DNA of 64,000 bases from an uncultured Chloroflexia bacterium (GCA_963724295.1 CAVRUC010000005.1:64001-128000), one strand, 5' to 3'. Positions 1 to 10,697 are shown, numbered from the stretch's first letter. The notes: generated by a model not told the origin, from the sequence alone. Numbers and translations: made by a program.

Positions 1-16
1 GGCTCCCGCACGGCAC

Positions 17-43
17 ACCGCCGAGGCATCGCCTCGAGGCGGT
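17..43. repeat. GC-rich hairpin / REP-like palindrome downstream of the first CDS
   Basis: ACCGCC-GAGGC-ATC-GCCTC-GA-GGCGGT inverted repeat; near-identical core to 12865-12887. Confidence 0.35.
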
Positions 44-76
44 TCGGGCTAGCAGGAGCTAGCCGGTATCGGTAGC

Positions 77-1159
77 CTATCTCGCTGAATTTGAGTCCCG
101 GCTGCGCTTACCCTTCTTACCGTCACGCTTCTTCGTGTCACCCGAGTCCTTTGACTTCTTCTGGTCGTCGGACGTTGAGCCGTCCCGATGTCGGTCTTTG
201 CCCTTCTTCTTTTTCTCGTGCTTGGAATCGGCCGATTTCCTCTCAGCCCCATCCTGCGACTCGGATGCCGAAACGCCGGTATTCTTGTTTCCTCGCTTCT
301 CGTCACCCTGTTTCGAACGACCGTTGTCAGTTTCGACTTGAGACTTGCGGTCGCGAGCGCGCTGCTCGAATTCAACCGTTGACGCGCCGGAGGTCCTGAT
401 CTCCGGCGCGGCGGCCTTATCATCCCGGGTTGCGCCACGCGCGGGTGAGATCAGAGTCTCGACGTTGTCCTCAGGTTGGCCCGCTGCGCGATCCGCGAAG
501 ACGCTCTCCGGGCCAAACGGGAAGTTCTCGTCGACAACGAACGGAAACGCTTCGAACGACGGCGCATGCCCGACGAACATGCTTCCGCTGCCGTCGCCAC
601 AATCAATGCCGACATAGGCACGGCCGGTTACCGCCCCCACGTGACAATCCTCGAGTCCAACCGGGAACCCGGCGCTCCCCGTGGCAACGTGGACGTTGCC
701 GGTGCCGAAACCTTGCGGAACTATCGGGACGCTCGCCGTTGCCGGAGCTACGTAGGTGGTTTCGGGGACAGTTGAAACAGGAGGCGCCACCGGGGCACCG
801 GCGGCAGTCGTTGCTACAGGGCCCTGGTCGAGGAGCTCGACGTCCTGTTGGTCACCGGCGGGAGGGCCCTGGTCCAGGAGCTCAACATCCTCAGTCGTGT
901 CCGCCTCGTCCGCAGGGGGCGCCGCTTCGTCGAGTGTTTCAACGTCTCCTTCGGTGCCCTCGCCCACTTGCTCGACAGGCGGCTCATCCTCCTGCTGCGC
1001 CCACCGCATGACCGAGCTGAGCTGGTTCTCGGCCAGCACATCGACCATTGCCGTCGCAGAATCGACAGGCGCGCCAGGTGCCACCAGACCCGATACCCAC
1101 GCAAACGAGGCGACAACGACAGTCGCGATCCAGTCGCCGAACCGTTCCCAGTTACTCAC
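77..1159 (-). CDS. Hypothetical membrane-anchored/secreted protein with acidic Pro-rich region and Lys/Arg-rich C-terminus
   Basis: ORF 77..1183; GTG at 1159 preceded by GGGAG; N-terminal hydrophobic segment; repeat DVELLDQGP x2. Confidence 0.7.
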   Translation of the reverse strand: MSNWERFGDWIATVVVASFAWVSGLVAPGAPVDSATAMVDVLAENQLSSVMRWAQQEDEPPVEQVGEGTEGDVETLDEAAPPADEADTTEDVELLDQGPPAGDQQDVELLDQGPVATTAAGAPVAPPVSTVPETTYVAPATASVPIVPQGFGTGNVHVATGSAGFPVGLEDCHVGAVTGRAYVGIDCGDGSGSMFVGHAPSFEAFPFVVDENFPFGPESVFADRAAGQPEDNVETLISPARGATRDDKAAAPEIRTSGASTVEFEQRARDRKSQVETDNGRSKQGDEKRGNKNTGVSASESQDGAERKSADSKHEKKKKGKDRHRDGSTSDDQKKSKDSGDTKKRDGKKGKRSRDSNSAR

Positions 1160-1314
1160 CGCGCTCCCGCCTGGACGCCGCACCCCGTTGCCTGCAGGTT
1201 CAGCGTTCCGTGAATCTCCTCAATCGGCGAATCGCAAGCACCCCATGATCTGAGCATCAAGCACAGTGCGGGCCAGTCCCGAGTCCAAATCTGGTCTTTG
1301 CGCCGCACCCTAAG

Positions 1315-1871
1315 TCACGCCCTTGACGCCGCATGCAAACGCAGGAGGAACCGCGGATCGAATCGCGGTGCGCATCGACCACACGACCAGGTACCCTGCT
1401 TTTGTCGGGGTACGCGACGCCACAGCTGGGGCACCAGTAGAGATAACGTGGGGCTCGCCGCGTTGGCGCCACAAGCGAGGCGCGAATCTCCTCGAGCGTC
1501 GCCCCGGTGAGTGCTGAGACGCGATGCGCGATACGATCGTACCCGTGCTTCGCATGCCGGCGCAGATCGCCGTCGAGCCGGTCCCGCATGTGCAAGAGTT
1601 CCTCGGCGACGACGACTTCGAGCGAGCGCGGTCGCGATTGATCGATGCGCGGCAAGTTGATCAGGATGAGATGTTCACTCGATGCAGCGACAAACGTATA
1701 GGCGCCACCAATCGAGCTTCGCACCCGTCGTCCCAGCCAGCGTTCGAATTCACGACGTTCGGTTGTGACGCGGAGGCGGTCTGTCGGCAGATCGAGACGC
1801 GCAACGTATCGCTCGAGCAGACCGCGCGTTTCCTCGTGGTCGACCAGCCAGTTCACGACGGCGATCTCCAT
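1315..1871 (-). CDS. SprT-like zincin-fold protein with C-terminal zinc ribbon (1-bp frameshift near 1415)
   Basis: MEIAVV...EELLH...H..H...YLYWCPSCG; continues in another frame as RVPRQKQGTWSCGRCAPRFDPRFLLRL to TGA at 1315. Confidence 0.65.
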
Positions 1872-1986
1872 GGGGCAGCGCGCCTTCCCGGCGAGCCTGG
1901 CACCGGGCTTGGCTGACGTGTGCGGGGCAGCGTCATCATAGCGCATCTGCCGGATGCATCGCCTCACCTGGAGCAAGTGAACATCC

Positions 1987-2445
1987 ATGTCACCAGCGCT
2001 GCAACGCCCGCACGTCCTAATTGTCAGCGATGACCCGGAACTGACCGGATTCCTCGGCGAAGGACTGGTGTACGCCGGATTCTGGACTAGCACTATCGCC
2101 AGCGCGGTGCAGGCCCTTGAAGTCTTCCGACTTCGCTCGTTCGACGTTATGGTGCTGGACGCGGCGCTCGGCGGCATCGGCGCCATCGAGCTCCTGAGGC
2201 GATTACGCGGTCGCTCCGATCGGGCGCCGACTGCCGAACGGACCGACATTCCGATCCTCATCATTGCCGAATCCCGCGACGAGTTCGATCCCGTACTCGC
2301 TGAACAGGTCGGTGCGGACGGCGTCATCCTGGCGCCGATCGAGCTCGAGCAGCTCGCGGCCGATCTCGGGCGCGCGGTCACCAGATGGAGAACGCTTCAC
2401 CCCGACCGCAAGTGGGCCGACGAGGCCGCGCTTGGCTCGACCTAG
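1987..2445 (+). CDS. Single-domain response-regulator receiver protein (atypical)
   Basis: HVLIVSDD, FDVMVLD, IPILII, GADGVI receiver pattern; no output domain. Confidence 0.85.
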   Translation: MSPALQRPHVLIVSDDPELTGFLGEGLVYAGFWTSTIASAVQALEVFRLRSFDVMVLDAALGGIGAIELLRRLRGRSDRAPTAERTDIPILIIAESRDEFDPVLAEQVGADGVILAPIELEQLAADLGRAVTRWRTLHPDRKWADEAALGST

Positions 2446-2618
2446 ACGCAAGGGGCTTGCCAAAACGAACCAATCATGGCAACGTGCCCTTGTACGGACA
2501 CGGCCCGCAATGCGCCAGTGACCGGAACCTCCGCGCAATTTCGTTCGTCCATGAGCATGACCGGCGTCGACGGTCGGCACGGATATTGCCATCGTTCTTG
2601 CCGGAGTGAGTTGTAGCG

Positions 2619-3533
2619 ATGAGAAACCGGATTTCATCTCTCGCCCTGGTGCTGGGCATCGCCGCGTTACTGCTGGCACCTGACATCGCTTTCGCCGAAC
2701 CGGGGTCGCCCGATGGCCCGGGTCTATTCGTCATTCAATTAGCGCAAGCCGACGACTTCGACTGCGAGGATTTTGAAACGCAGGAAGAGGCGCAGGCTGT
2801 CCTCGATGACGATCCGGCGGACCCCAACAATCTCGATCCCAACCGGGACGGCATCGCCTGCGCGCTGCTCCCTTCAGCTGACGACCCGGAGACTGATCCA
2901 GGAGACGACGTATCCGCCGCACAGGATGCGGATGCCGGGAACCAGACCCAGGAAGACAGTCGAGCGGAAAGGCGAGCGGCACGTCAGCAAGATGAAGAGG
3001 GCACGCCGACCGGGGAAGAGACCGCCGCGGTAACGTGCGCCGATTTTGAAACGCAGGAAGAGGCGCAAGCCGCGTTCGACGCGGACCCGGAGGGATTAGC
3101 CGACCTCGACGCCGACGACAACGGAATCGCCTGCGAGGAATTGCTCGACCCGGGAGCTGACGAGAACACGCAGGCACGCGAAGATCGCCAGCGCAACCGC
3201 CGCAATCAGGATGAGGAGCCTGCGCCGACAGAGGTCGTCGTCGACGAGCCCAGGACAGTGCGGATCGAGGAAGACTTCGACTGCGTCGATTTCGAGTTCC
3301 AGGAAGAAGCGCAGGAAGTCTACGACGAGGATCCTTCGGACCCGTATAACCTGGACCCAAGCGGCGACGGCATAGCGTGCTCTTCGCTTCCGTCGTCGGA
3401 CCCCCGCGTCGTACAGGTGCCGCGAACCGGGATTGGAATCTCAACTAATTTCCCCAGCGGACTGCTCGTCGCGGCAAGTTTGCTCACCGGCCTCGCCAGC
3501 GCAGGAGCCTCGTGGCGTCGCAGAGTGCGCTAG
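2619..3533 (+). CDS. Secreted protein with three Excalibur-like Ca-binding repeats and LPXTG-like (VPRTG) sorting signal
   Basis: Signal peptide; 3x C.DF..QEEAQ.....DP....LD...DG/NGIAC; VPRTG + hydrophobic stretch + WRRRVR. Confidence 0.8.
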   Translation: MRNRISSLALVLGIAALLLAPDIAFAEPGSPDGPGLFVIQLAQADDFDCEDFETQEEAQAVLDDDPADPNNLDPNRDGIACALLPSADDPETDPGDDVSAAQDADAGNQTQEDSRAERRAARQQDEEGTPTGEETAAVTCADFETQEEAQAAFDADPEGLADLDADDNGIACEELLDPGADENTQAREDRQRNRRNQDEEPAPTEVVVDEPRTVRIEEDFDCVDFEFQEEAQEVYDEDPSDPYNLDPSGDGIACSSLPSSDPRVVQVPRTGIGISTNFPSGLLVAASLLTGLASAGASWRRRVR

Positions 3534-3680
3534 GGCCGCCGCCCCGCAGGTCAGGAAGTTCGGTGTCAGAGTCCTATTCTGTCTCGCTGAAACTTCGGCA
3601 CCGTGCCAGGCGGCCGACAGAGATCACTACGGCTCGTCTCGAACAGCGATCAGCGGCGCGAAAGCGCGCGAGTCAACCGT

Positions 3681-5057
3681 CTAGTTCGCGACTGGAGTGC
3701 CAAGCGCTACGTCGACCGCGCGTTGCAGTTGAAGGTCGGCGGCGTCGGGTTGATTCTCCACCACGATATCTGGCGCCAGCCCTTCATCCGGGATCGGATG
3801 CCGGTCTGGCGTTAGCCAGCGAGCAAATGTGATGCGAGCCGAGGATCCGTCTTCGAAATCGTGAACTCGCTGCACGAGTCCTTTTCCGAACGACGGCTCA
3901 CCTACGAGCGTGCCTCGTTCGTAGTCTCGAATAGCGCCGGCGACTATCTCGGAGGCACTGGCAGTACCTCCATCAATCAGGATGACCAGCGGAATTTCAA
4001 AGGTCGTTTCACCGCCGCCGACAATCGGCTCTGAGATGAGATCGTCGTCTTCGAGGTCGAGATCCTGGTACAGCGCGGGGCCGGCATCTTCGGGAACAAA
4101 ACGGCCGATCGTCTCCTGGGCGCTGGTCACCCACCCCCCGCCATTGCCTCGCAGGTCGAGCACGATGCCGGCGACGTTCTCATCTTTGGCTCGCTTCAAC
4201 GCCGCATCGAGCTCTCGCGTCGTTTTGTCGCCAAAGATGGAAACTTTGATATGCGCGACTTTTCCGTTGGCTTGCGGCTCATAGACCACCGCCGGGATCT
4301 CGATTGCCTCGCGCTGGACAGTGACGTCGAATGTCTCAGGCACCCCCGGACGCTGAATGGTCAGGACCACGGATGAACCCTTCGGACCGCGAATCAGCGA
4401 CATTGCCGCGTCGGTTTCGAGCTCGCCCAGATTCCTCCCGTCCGCGGCGACGATGACGTCGCCCGCCCTCAGGTCTGCGCGAGCCGCGGGAGAACCGGCA
4501 ATCGGCGCGACGATGGTGAACTGCCCCTCCGGGTGCTCGACCCAGATGCCGATACCTTGGTACTCGCCGGCAAGCTCCTCGCGCAGTGGCTCGCCGCGTA
4601 GCGGCTCGAGAAATACCGTGTAGTCATCCGCCAGCGCTTCTGTCATCCCGCGCGCCGCGCCGTAGTCGAGCTCGCGCCGGTAGTCCTCGAGTGAGGCCAC
4701 CGGCGTCGCGGCCGTAATCGCCATTCCGCGGATCGCGCCCCGTTCGAGTTCGGCTACGAACGTGGCCCGCGCCTCGGGTGACGCCGGAAGGAAAAAGTAC
4801 TCGTCTTCCAGGATCTCTCTGACTTCTGCCTGGCGCGGGAACGCCGCATCAGTTTCCAGGTTACCATCAGTCTTCAGGCCGCCAAACCCGTCAGTCCCCA
4901 GCCCGGGGCCGCGGATCAGGTACCGCTCGGCGACGATGCCCGAGCCGAAGCTCACCACGGCAATCAACGCGAGAACCGAGAGCACGAAAAGGACGGTCCA
5001 GACCGAGCGGGACCGCGCGTCTCCTTGCTCCTGATCAACCTCGTGCGATGGTTCCAT
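3681..5057 (-). CDS. S41 family C-terminal processing protease (CtpA/Prc-like) with PDZ domain
   Basis: GIGI PDZ motif, LDLRGNGGG, TASASE (catalytic Ser), FGKG (Lys); N-terminal TM; start chosen at ATG 5057. Confidence 0.92.
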   Translation of the reverse strand: MEPSHEVDQEQGDARSRSVWTVLFVLSVLALIAVVSFGSGIVAERYLIRGPGLGTDGFGGLKTDGNLETDAAFPRQAEVREILEDEYFFLPASPEARATFVAELERGAIRGMAITAATPVASLEDYRRELDYGAARGMTEALADDYTVFLEPLRGEPLREELAGEYQGIGIWVEHPEGQFTIVAPIAGSPAARADLRAGDVIVAADGRNLGELETDAAMSLIRGPKGSSVVLTIQRPGVPETFDVTVQREAIEIPAVVYEPQANGKVAHIKVSIFGDKTTRELDAALKRAKDENVAGIVLDLRGNGGGWVTSAQETIGRFVPEDAGPALYQDLDLEDDDLISEPIVGGGETTFEIPLVILIDGGTASASEIVAGAIRDYERGTLVGEPSFGKGLVQRVHDFEDGSSARITFARWLTPDRHPIPDEGLAPDIVVENQPDAADLQLQRAVDVALGTPVAN

Positions 5058-5167
5058 GGGCGCCAAAACGCGGATCGGAAACTGGCAGCCGGGCCCCAAG
5101 CTCGCCCTGGCTCACGATTGACCCTTCGTCGTCAAGCGGCGACCCACAGTGATGCCTGACCGGGTGC

Positions 5168-6472
5168 CTATGGGTAAATCCCCCGCAACCGTGTGAACTC
5201 CGCCACCCGGTCGATCCCGCGCACTAACGCCGCCGTCCGCATGTGAACCCCGTACTTCGAGGACGTGCTGTAGACGGCATCGAATGCCTTGTTCATGATG
5301 CGTCGCAATCGCTCGTTTACCTCGTGCTCGGTCCAGGGGAAGGCCTGGAGCGCCTGAACCCATTCGAAGTAGGAAACGGTCACCCCGCCGGCGTTGGCAA
5401 GGATGTCCGGGATAACGAACACCCCGCGGTCGTACAGGATCACGTCGGCCTCGGGAGTTGTTGGACCATTGGCCGCCTCCGCGACCAGTCTCGCCTGGAC
5501 CTGGCTCGCATTTTCTGCACTGATCTGGTTTTCCAGCGCGGCCGGAATAAGTATCTCAACCGGCAAGAGAAGGAGCTCCTCGTTGGTGATGTCCTCTGCC
5601 TCCCGAAAACCGAGCACCGATCCTGTGCGCGCCTTATGTGCGCTCACCGCATCCAGGTCGAGTCCGCCTGGATTGTAGATTCCGCCGCGGGAATCGCTGA
5701 CCGCGACGACCGACGATCCAAGCTCGGACATCAAGCGCGCCGCAACCGACCCGGCGTTGCCAAAGCCCTGCACCGCTGTTCGCGCCTTCGACAGATCGAG
5801 ATCGAGAATCCGGGAAGCACTCTCGATGGCGAAAATGCAGCCGCGGCCGGTGGCTTCATTCCGCCCCTCCGATCCCCCGAGCACGATCGGCTTGCCGGTG
5901 GTTACGCCAGGCACCGAGTACCCCACATTCATCGAGTAGGTGTCCATCAGCCAGGCCATGATCTGGGGATTGGTGTTGACGTCCGGGGCGGGAATATCCT
6001 GGTTCGGTCCGATGAATGGCTGAATCTCGGTCGTATAGCGCCGTGTCAGATTCTGCAGTTCCCCCTGGGAAAGTAGCTTCGGGTTGACCTGAACTCCCCC
6101 TTTGGCCCCGCCATACGGCAGGCCCACAACGGCACACTTCCAGGTCATCCACATGGCGAGGGCTTTGACCTCTTCCAGCGTGACGCTCTGGTGATATCGA
6201 ATGCCGCCCTTCGTTGGTCCAGGTCCACTGTTGTGCTGCACCCGATATCCGGTGAACACCTCCACCGATCCGTCGTCCATCTCGACTGGGAAATGGACCG
6301 TGAGCTCGCGCTGGCAGTGGCTCAGGATCTTGCGCATCCCATCGTCGAGTCCAAGGACGTCAGCGGCAATCTGAAATTGTTCGACGGCAACCTTGAACAG
6401 GTCTCGCTCTGCGCCGACCTGCGCCGTGGCGCTCTCGGAGACGATCTGCGCATCTTGTTGCTCGAGGATCAT
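5168..6472 (-). CDS. gdhA: Glu/Leu/Phe/Val dehydrogenase (glutamate dehydrogenase)
   Basis: GPTKGGIRY, GGAKGG, DIPAPDV, GFGNAG, EAANGPTT, ANAGGVTVSYFEW; GGAGG RBS before ATG 6472. Confidence 0.93.
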   Translation of the reverse strand: MILEQQDAQIVSESATAQVGAERDLFKVAVEQFQIAADVLGLDDGMRKILSHCQRELTVHFPVEMDDGSVEVFTGYRVQHNSGPGPTKGGIRYHQSVTLEEVKALAMWMTWKCAVVGLPYGGAKGGVQVNPKLLSQGELQNLTRRYTTEIQPFIGPNQDIPAPDVNTNPQIMAWLMDTYSMNVGYSVPGVTTGKPIVLGGSEGRNEATGRGCIFAIESASRILDLDLSKARTAVQGFGNAGSVAARLMSELGSSVVAVSDSRGGIYNPGGLDLDAVSAHKARTGSVLGFREAEDITNEELLLLPVEILIPAALENQISAENASQVQARLVAEAANGPTTPEADVILYDRGVFVIPDILANAGGVTVSYFEWVQALQAFPWTEHEVNERLRRIMNKAFDAVYSTSSKYGVHMRTAALVRGIDRVAEFTRLRGIYP

Positions 6473-6536
6473 GGACGCCTCCACTGTCGGCCAGCGCCTC
6501 ACTGCGCCGCCCACCGCTGCCGATTACGCTGTTCTT

Positions 6537-8030
6537 TCAGCCGTCGCGGCCATGGGCCGCGACTGGACCGTTCAGCTCCTCTTCCAGGACCCGACGTACC
6601 TGATCAGGACTTGCCCGGCCGCCGGTACGGCGAATCGTTTCGCCGATAAGCCTGCCAATGGCCGCCGTCTTGCCACCACGGAAGTCCTGCACCGCGGCCG
6701 GAAACGCCTCCATGGTCTCGAGCACCGCGTCACGAATGACCGCTTCCTCGCCGAGCACAAGCAGGTCGAGTCTGGCGGCGGCGGTCAAGACCGCCTCTCC
6801 CTCCCCCAGCTGCGGCAGCAGCTCTTTCGCGGCGCGCCCGGATAGTTTTCCGGCGTCAAGCGCCTCGAGAAGATCTTGCAACTGCTGTGCCGAGACCGGA
6901 AGGCGGTCAGGCGGCAGCCCCCGCGCCCGTTGCAACCCGGTCAGGTCGTTGACGATCCAGTTGGCGGCAAGTCGGGCCCGGTCTGTGCCGTCGCTTGTTG
7001 CCACGGACTCGTAGAAATCAGCGACATCACGCTCAGCCGTCAAGAGCGCCGCCTCGCTCGCACCGATCCCATACTGCTCGGCAAGTCGTGCTCTCCGCCG
7101 CGCGGGCAGCTCCGGCAGCCGGGCTGCGATCACCGCCACCATCTCCTGCGAGATCGCCAGCGGCGGAAGATCCGGCTCCGGGAAGTAGCGGTAATCGTGG
7201 GCCTGTTCCTTCGTCCGCTGGGCAACCGTCACGCCGCGGTCTTCGACCCAGCCCCTGGTCTCTTGCTCGACACGCCCACCGCCGCGGAGTACGTCGAGCT
7301 GGCGGTTCTGCTCGAAGCGCAGCGCCCGCTCGACGGCCCGAAATGAGTTCATGTTCTTGACTTCGACCTTGGCGCCAAGCGGACCATCGATCTCACGCAC
7401 GGAGACATTGGCGTCGCAGCGGAAGGCGCCCTCTTCCATGTTTCCGGTTGAGACGCCGATGTACCTCAATATTTGGCGCAACGCGGTGAGGTAGTCTCGT
7501 GCCTCCTCGGGCGAGCGCAGATGCGGCTCCCCTACGATCTCCATCAATGGAACCCCCGAGCGGTTTAGATCGACGAGGCTGACCTCTACGCCATCCGCGT
7601 CGGTGCGATGAACGAGCCGACCGGTGTCCTCTTCGACGTGCACGCGAGTGATGCCCGCTCGCCGGGTCGCGCCGCCGGAATCGAACTCGAGATTTCCATC
7701 AACTGCCAGCGGGAGATCGAACTGCGAAATCTGGTAACCCTTCGGCAGGTCCGGGTAGAAGTAATTCTTGCGGTCGAGCTTGCAGAAGGGCGGAATCGAG
7801 CAGTTGAGCGCGATTCCCGTGAGAATCGCCGCTTCGATAGCCGCCTCATTCAGTGCCGGCAATGCGCCGGGGAAACCACCACAGACCATACAGACGAGGG
7901 TGTTCGGTGGCGCGTCCGCGTACCGGGCCGAGCAGCCGCAGTACATCTTGGATTTCGTCAGCAACTGGGCGTGGACCTCGAGTCCGATGACCGTCTCGTA
8001 GCCTTCGCCGGCTACCTCGTCGCGTCCCAT
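6537..8030 (-). CDS. gatB: Asp-tRNA(Asn)/Glu-tRNA(Gln) amidotransferase subunit B
   Basis: [53 protein letters not shown]. Confidence 0.97.
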   Translation of the reverse strand: MGRDEVAGEGYETVIGLEVHAQLLTKSKMYCGCSARYADAPPNTLVCMVCGGFPGALPALNEAAIEAAILTGIALNCSIPPFCKLDRKNYFYPDLPKGYQISQFDLPLAVDGNLEFDSGGATRRAGITRVHVEEDTGRLVHRTDADGVEVSLVDLNRSGVPLMEIVGEPHLRSPEEARDYLTALRQILRYIGVSTGNMEEGAFRCDANVSVREIDGPLGAKVEVKNMNSFRAVERALRFEQNRQLDVLRGGGRVEQETRGWVEDRGVTVAQRTKEQAHDYRYFPEPDLPPLAISQEMVAVIAARLPELPARRRARLAEQYGIGASEAALLTAERDVADFYESVATSDGTDRARLAANWIVNDLTGLQRARGLPPDRLPVSAQQLQDLLEALDAGKLSGRAAKELLPQLGEGEAVLTAAARLDLLVLGEEAVIRDAVLETMEAFPAAVQDFRGGKTAAIGRLIGETIRRTGGRASPDQVRRVLEEELNGPVAAHGRDG

Positions 8031-8149
8031 CGAATCGATCAAATCGGACCCTGCCCGTCGCTCCTGAACAGCATGCAAACGGCCGCGAAGTTTACCATTC
8101 TTCGCGCCAACCCACCCGGGCGGCGTGCGCCGGTTTGATGAGTCCGGCG

Positions 8150-8182
8150 TGGTAAAATTGCTCATGTTGCAAGAGACTTGCA
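8150..8182 (+). promoter_or_regulatory. Extended -10 (TGGTAAAAT) and downstream palindrome TGCAAG-AGA-CTTGCA upstream of nuoG-like gene
   Basis: Seen in the gatB/nuoG divergent intergenic region. Confidence 0.4.
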
Positions 8183-8243
8183 CCGTGATTTCCCGTGCTT
8201 TGCATAGAGCGATACCGCCGACTGGAGAGCGAACGCCTCAACG

Positions 8244-10697
8244 ATGGTGACTGCTACTCGCACTGAACAGAAGATGGTCACCGGCACCATCAATGGGCAG
8301 GAAGTGACCGTCCCCGCGGGGACGGTCATCCTTGAGGCTGCCCGCATGGCCGACATCGAAATTCCCAACCTCTGTTTCCAACCGCTCCTGCGGGCCTGGG
8401 GATCGTGCCGTATCTGCACCGTCGAGATCCTGGGCAAGCGGGGTGGATTGATCGAATCTTGCGCGACTCCACTCGCGGACGGCATGGAGGTGCTGACCCA
8501 CTCTCCAGAGGTGATGCAGGCACGGCAGTTCATCTTGCAGATGTACTTGATCGACCACGCGCTCGATTGCCCAACCTGCGATAAGTCCGGGGAGTGCTAC
8601 CTCCAGGACAACACCTACCTGCACAACATCCACGCTAATCCCTACCGCCGTCCCAAGTTCGCCCAGCCCTACGCTCACTTCAGTGAGCTCATCGACTACA
8701 AGTGGGACCGTTGCATCATGTGCAACCGGTGCACGCGGGTCTGTGACGAGGTCATCGGCGTGACCGCGATCGAGGGCGCGTACCGATCGCTCGAGGCGAC
8801 CATCGCCCCCGCCTACGGAGCTGACCTCACGGAGACGCTTTGCACTTCGTGTGGAATGTGCATCGCGGTCTGCCCTGTTGGGGCACTGACCGACCGCCAT
8901 TTCGGGCTCCACCCGTGGGAGCTCGATACGACGGAAACGATCTGTGGATTCTGCGATGTCGGTTGCACTCTCAACGTGGAAGCCAATCGCGGTCTGGTGC
9001 GTCGCGTGACAAACCTCTGGGAGCGCGGCACCAACCACGGCTACCTCTGCGAGCGCGGCAAATGGGGTCATGAACAGGTCCAGCATCAGGACCGGTTGTT
9101 TTATCCAACCATCCGCCGCGTGCAAGCCGACGGACGCACGCTTACCCACGAGGCGACCTGGGACGACGCCGTCGAGTACGTTGCCGAATCACTGGCGCAC
9201 TACCAGGGTGATCAGTTCGCGGCACTGGTCTCCCCTGACGCGACCAACGAGGAGGCTTACGTAGCCCAGGTCTTCACGCGCGCGGTGATGGCCAGTCCCC
9301 ACGTCGACCGCTTCCTCGGTCCAGCCCAGGCAGCGGTGGCCCACGCCACCAGCAAAGGTCTCGGCACCGACGTGTCAAACACCAATGACATGCAAGAGCT
9401 CTTCTCTGATGTCAAGGCGGGTCTCGTCGTCGGACCAAACATCGGCAAGGCCGCACCGATCGCTTCCTACTGGTTCTACCACTCGCAGCTCTACCGCGAA
9501 GCGAAGTACGTCGTTATCAGCCACGACGACTACCCGCTTGGCTGGCGATCGCCGATCTACCTGAAGCCGAATCCGGGGACCACCGCCGTCCTACTCAACG
9601 GCATCGCGCGAGCGATCCTCGACCTGGGGCTGGCACGGCCCGAAGCCGAGCGCGATCCTGGTCTTGCCGCGTGGCGAGCCAGCCTCGACGCGTACGATCC
9701 TGAGCGCGTCGTCTCGATCACCGGGGTCTCCGTTGATCTGATTCGCCAGGCCGCGATTCTCTACGCGACCGGCGGCGCGGGCCCGTCGGCGGATGCCGAG
9801 TACCCGGCATCGCTGATCTACCAGACCGTCGCCCATAACCAGCTGCCTGGATCCGGTCACGACGACTATGGAGATCCGGCCGAGATTGCGGCGGCCTGCA
9901 TCAATCTTTCCGTCATCACCGGAAATCTTGGTCGCCCGGGTGGGGGTGTCGCCAGCCCGCGCGGCCCGGCGAACTACCAGGGTGTCACCGATATGGGCGC
10001 CCATCCGGCCAGTCTGCCAGGCGGATTCGATGCCCTGGACGCCGAGGCACGGCTCCGGTTCGAAGCCGCCTGGATGCCGCATTGGGGCGATCGGGTGACG
10101 ACTGGAAACGGATTCGTTCCTGTTCGTCACCTCCCGACTTCGGCTGGTTTGAGCCTGGAAGAGCTGCCCCAGGCGATAGAGACCGGACGGGTCAAGGCAA
10201 TGATCGTCGGTAACGCGGTTGCCGGGCGGTTCGAGGCGGTCAATCCCGCGTTGCTGGACGCCCTGCCGAAGCTCGAACTGCTGGTCGTTACCGACTTCTA
10301 TGCCGGCACACCGCTCGGCAGTCTGGCGCACGTGGTTCTGCCGATGAGCATGTCGATGGAGAAAGACGGGACCTACACCTCGTTCGACCGCACGGTGCAG
10401 CGGTTGCGCGCCGCCGTTCCTCCCATGGGCGAGGCCAGGGACGGGATCGACATCTTCTCCCGCATCGCTCGCCGCATGGGCTACGGGATGAACTATCGTG
10501 GTCCCGCCCGGGTCGCTGACGAGATCGCCAAACTCGTTCCCGGATATGGCGGAATTACCTACGCTCGGCTCGAGCGCCAGGGCGTCCACGTCCCGGTGAC
10601 TTCGTACATCGACGCCGGAACGCCGCTTCTGTCGCCAGCCGCCGACAGCGCGGCCAAACTGACACCCAGGCTCGTTCCCGCCGGCTCTCTCAGCTAG
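8244..10697 (+). CDS. nuoG: NADH-quinone oxidoreductase subunit G-like protein (molybdopterin oxidoreductase fold, multiple Fe-S clusters)
   Basis: [2Fe-2S] C..GSCRIC..C; HALDCPTCDKSGEC; CIMCNRCTRVC and CTSCGMCIAVCP; CGFCDVGC..C; lacks the FDH Cys/Sec Mo ligand. Confidence 0.8.
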   Translation: MVTATRTEQKMVTGTINGQEVTVPAGTVILEAARMADIEIPNLCFQPLLRAWGSCRICTVEILGKRGGLIESCATPLADGMEVLTHSPEVMQARQFILQMYLIDHALDCPTCDKSGECYLQDNTYLHNIHANPYRRPKFAQPYAHFSELIDYKWDRCIMCNRCTRVCDEVIGVTAIEGAYRSLEATIAPAYGADLTETLCTSCGMCIAVCPVGALTDRHFGLHPWELDTTETICGFCDVGCTLNVEANRGLVRRVTNLWERGTNHGYLCERGKWGHEQVQHQDRLFYPTIRRVQADGRTLTHEATWDDAVEYVAESLAHYQGDQFAALVSPDATNEEAYVAQVFTRAVMASPHVDRFLGPAQAAVAHATSKGLGTDVSNTNDMQELFSDVKAGLVVGPNIGKAAPIASYWFYHSQLYREAKYVVISHDDYPLGWRSPIYLKPNPGTTAVLLNGIARAILDLGLARPEAERDPGLAAWRASLDAYDPERVVSITGVSVDLIRQAAILYATGGAGPSADAEYPASLIYQTVAHNQLPGSGHDDYGDPAEIAAACINLSVITGNLGRPGGGVASPRGPANYQGVTDMGAHPASLPGGFDALDAEARLRFEAAWMPHWGDRVTTGNGFVPVRHLPTSAGLSLEELPQAIETGRVKAMIVGNAVAGRFEAVNPALLDALPKLELLVVTDFYAGTPLGSLAHVVLPMSMSMEKDGTYTSFDRTVQRLRAAVPPMGEARDGIDIFSRIARRMGYGMNYRGPARVADEIAKLVPGYGGITYARLERQGVHVPVTSYIDAGTPLLSPAADSAAKLTPRLVPAGSLS

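Noticed and set aside
2750..3380. CRISPR-like direct repeats (GATTTTGAAACGCAGGAAGAGGCGCA)
   Set aside because: In-frame coding repeats of the Excalibur-like domains, spaced ~250-280 bp; no cas genes.
8244..10697. Formate dehydrogenase alpha subunit or selenoprotein
   Set aside because: No Cys/Sec-His at the Mo-ligand position, no in-frame TGA, C-terminal MGD-binding domain apparently missing.
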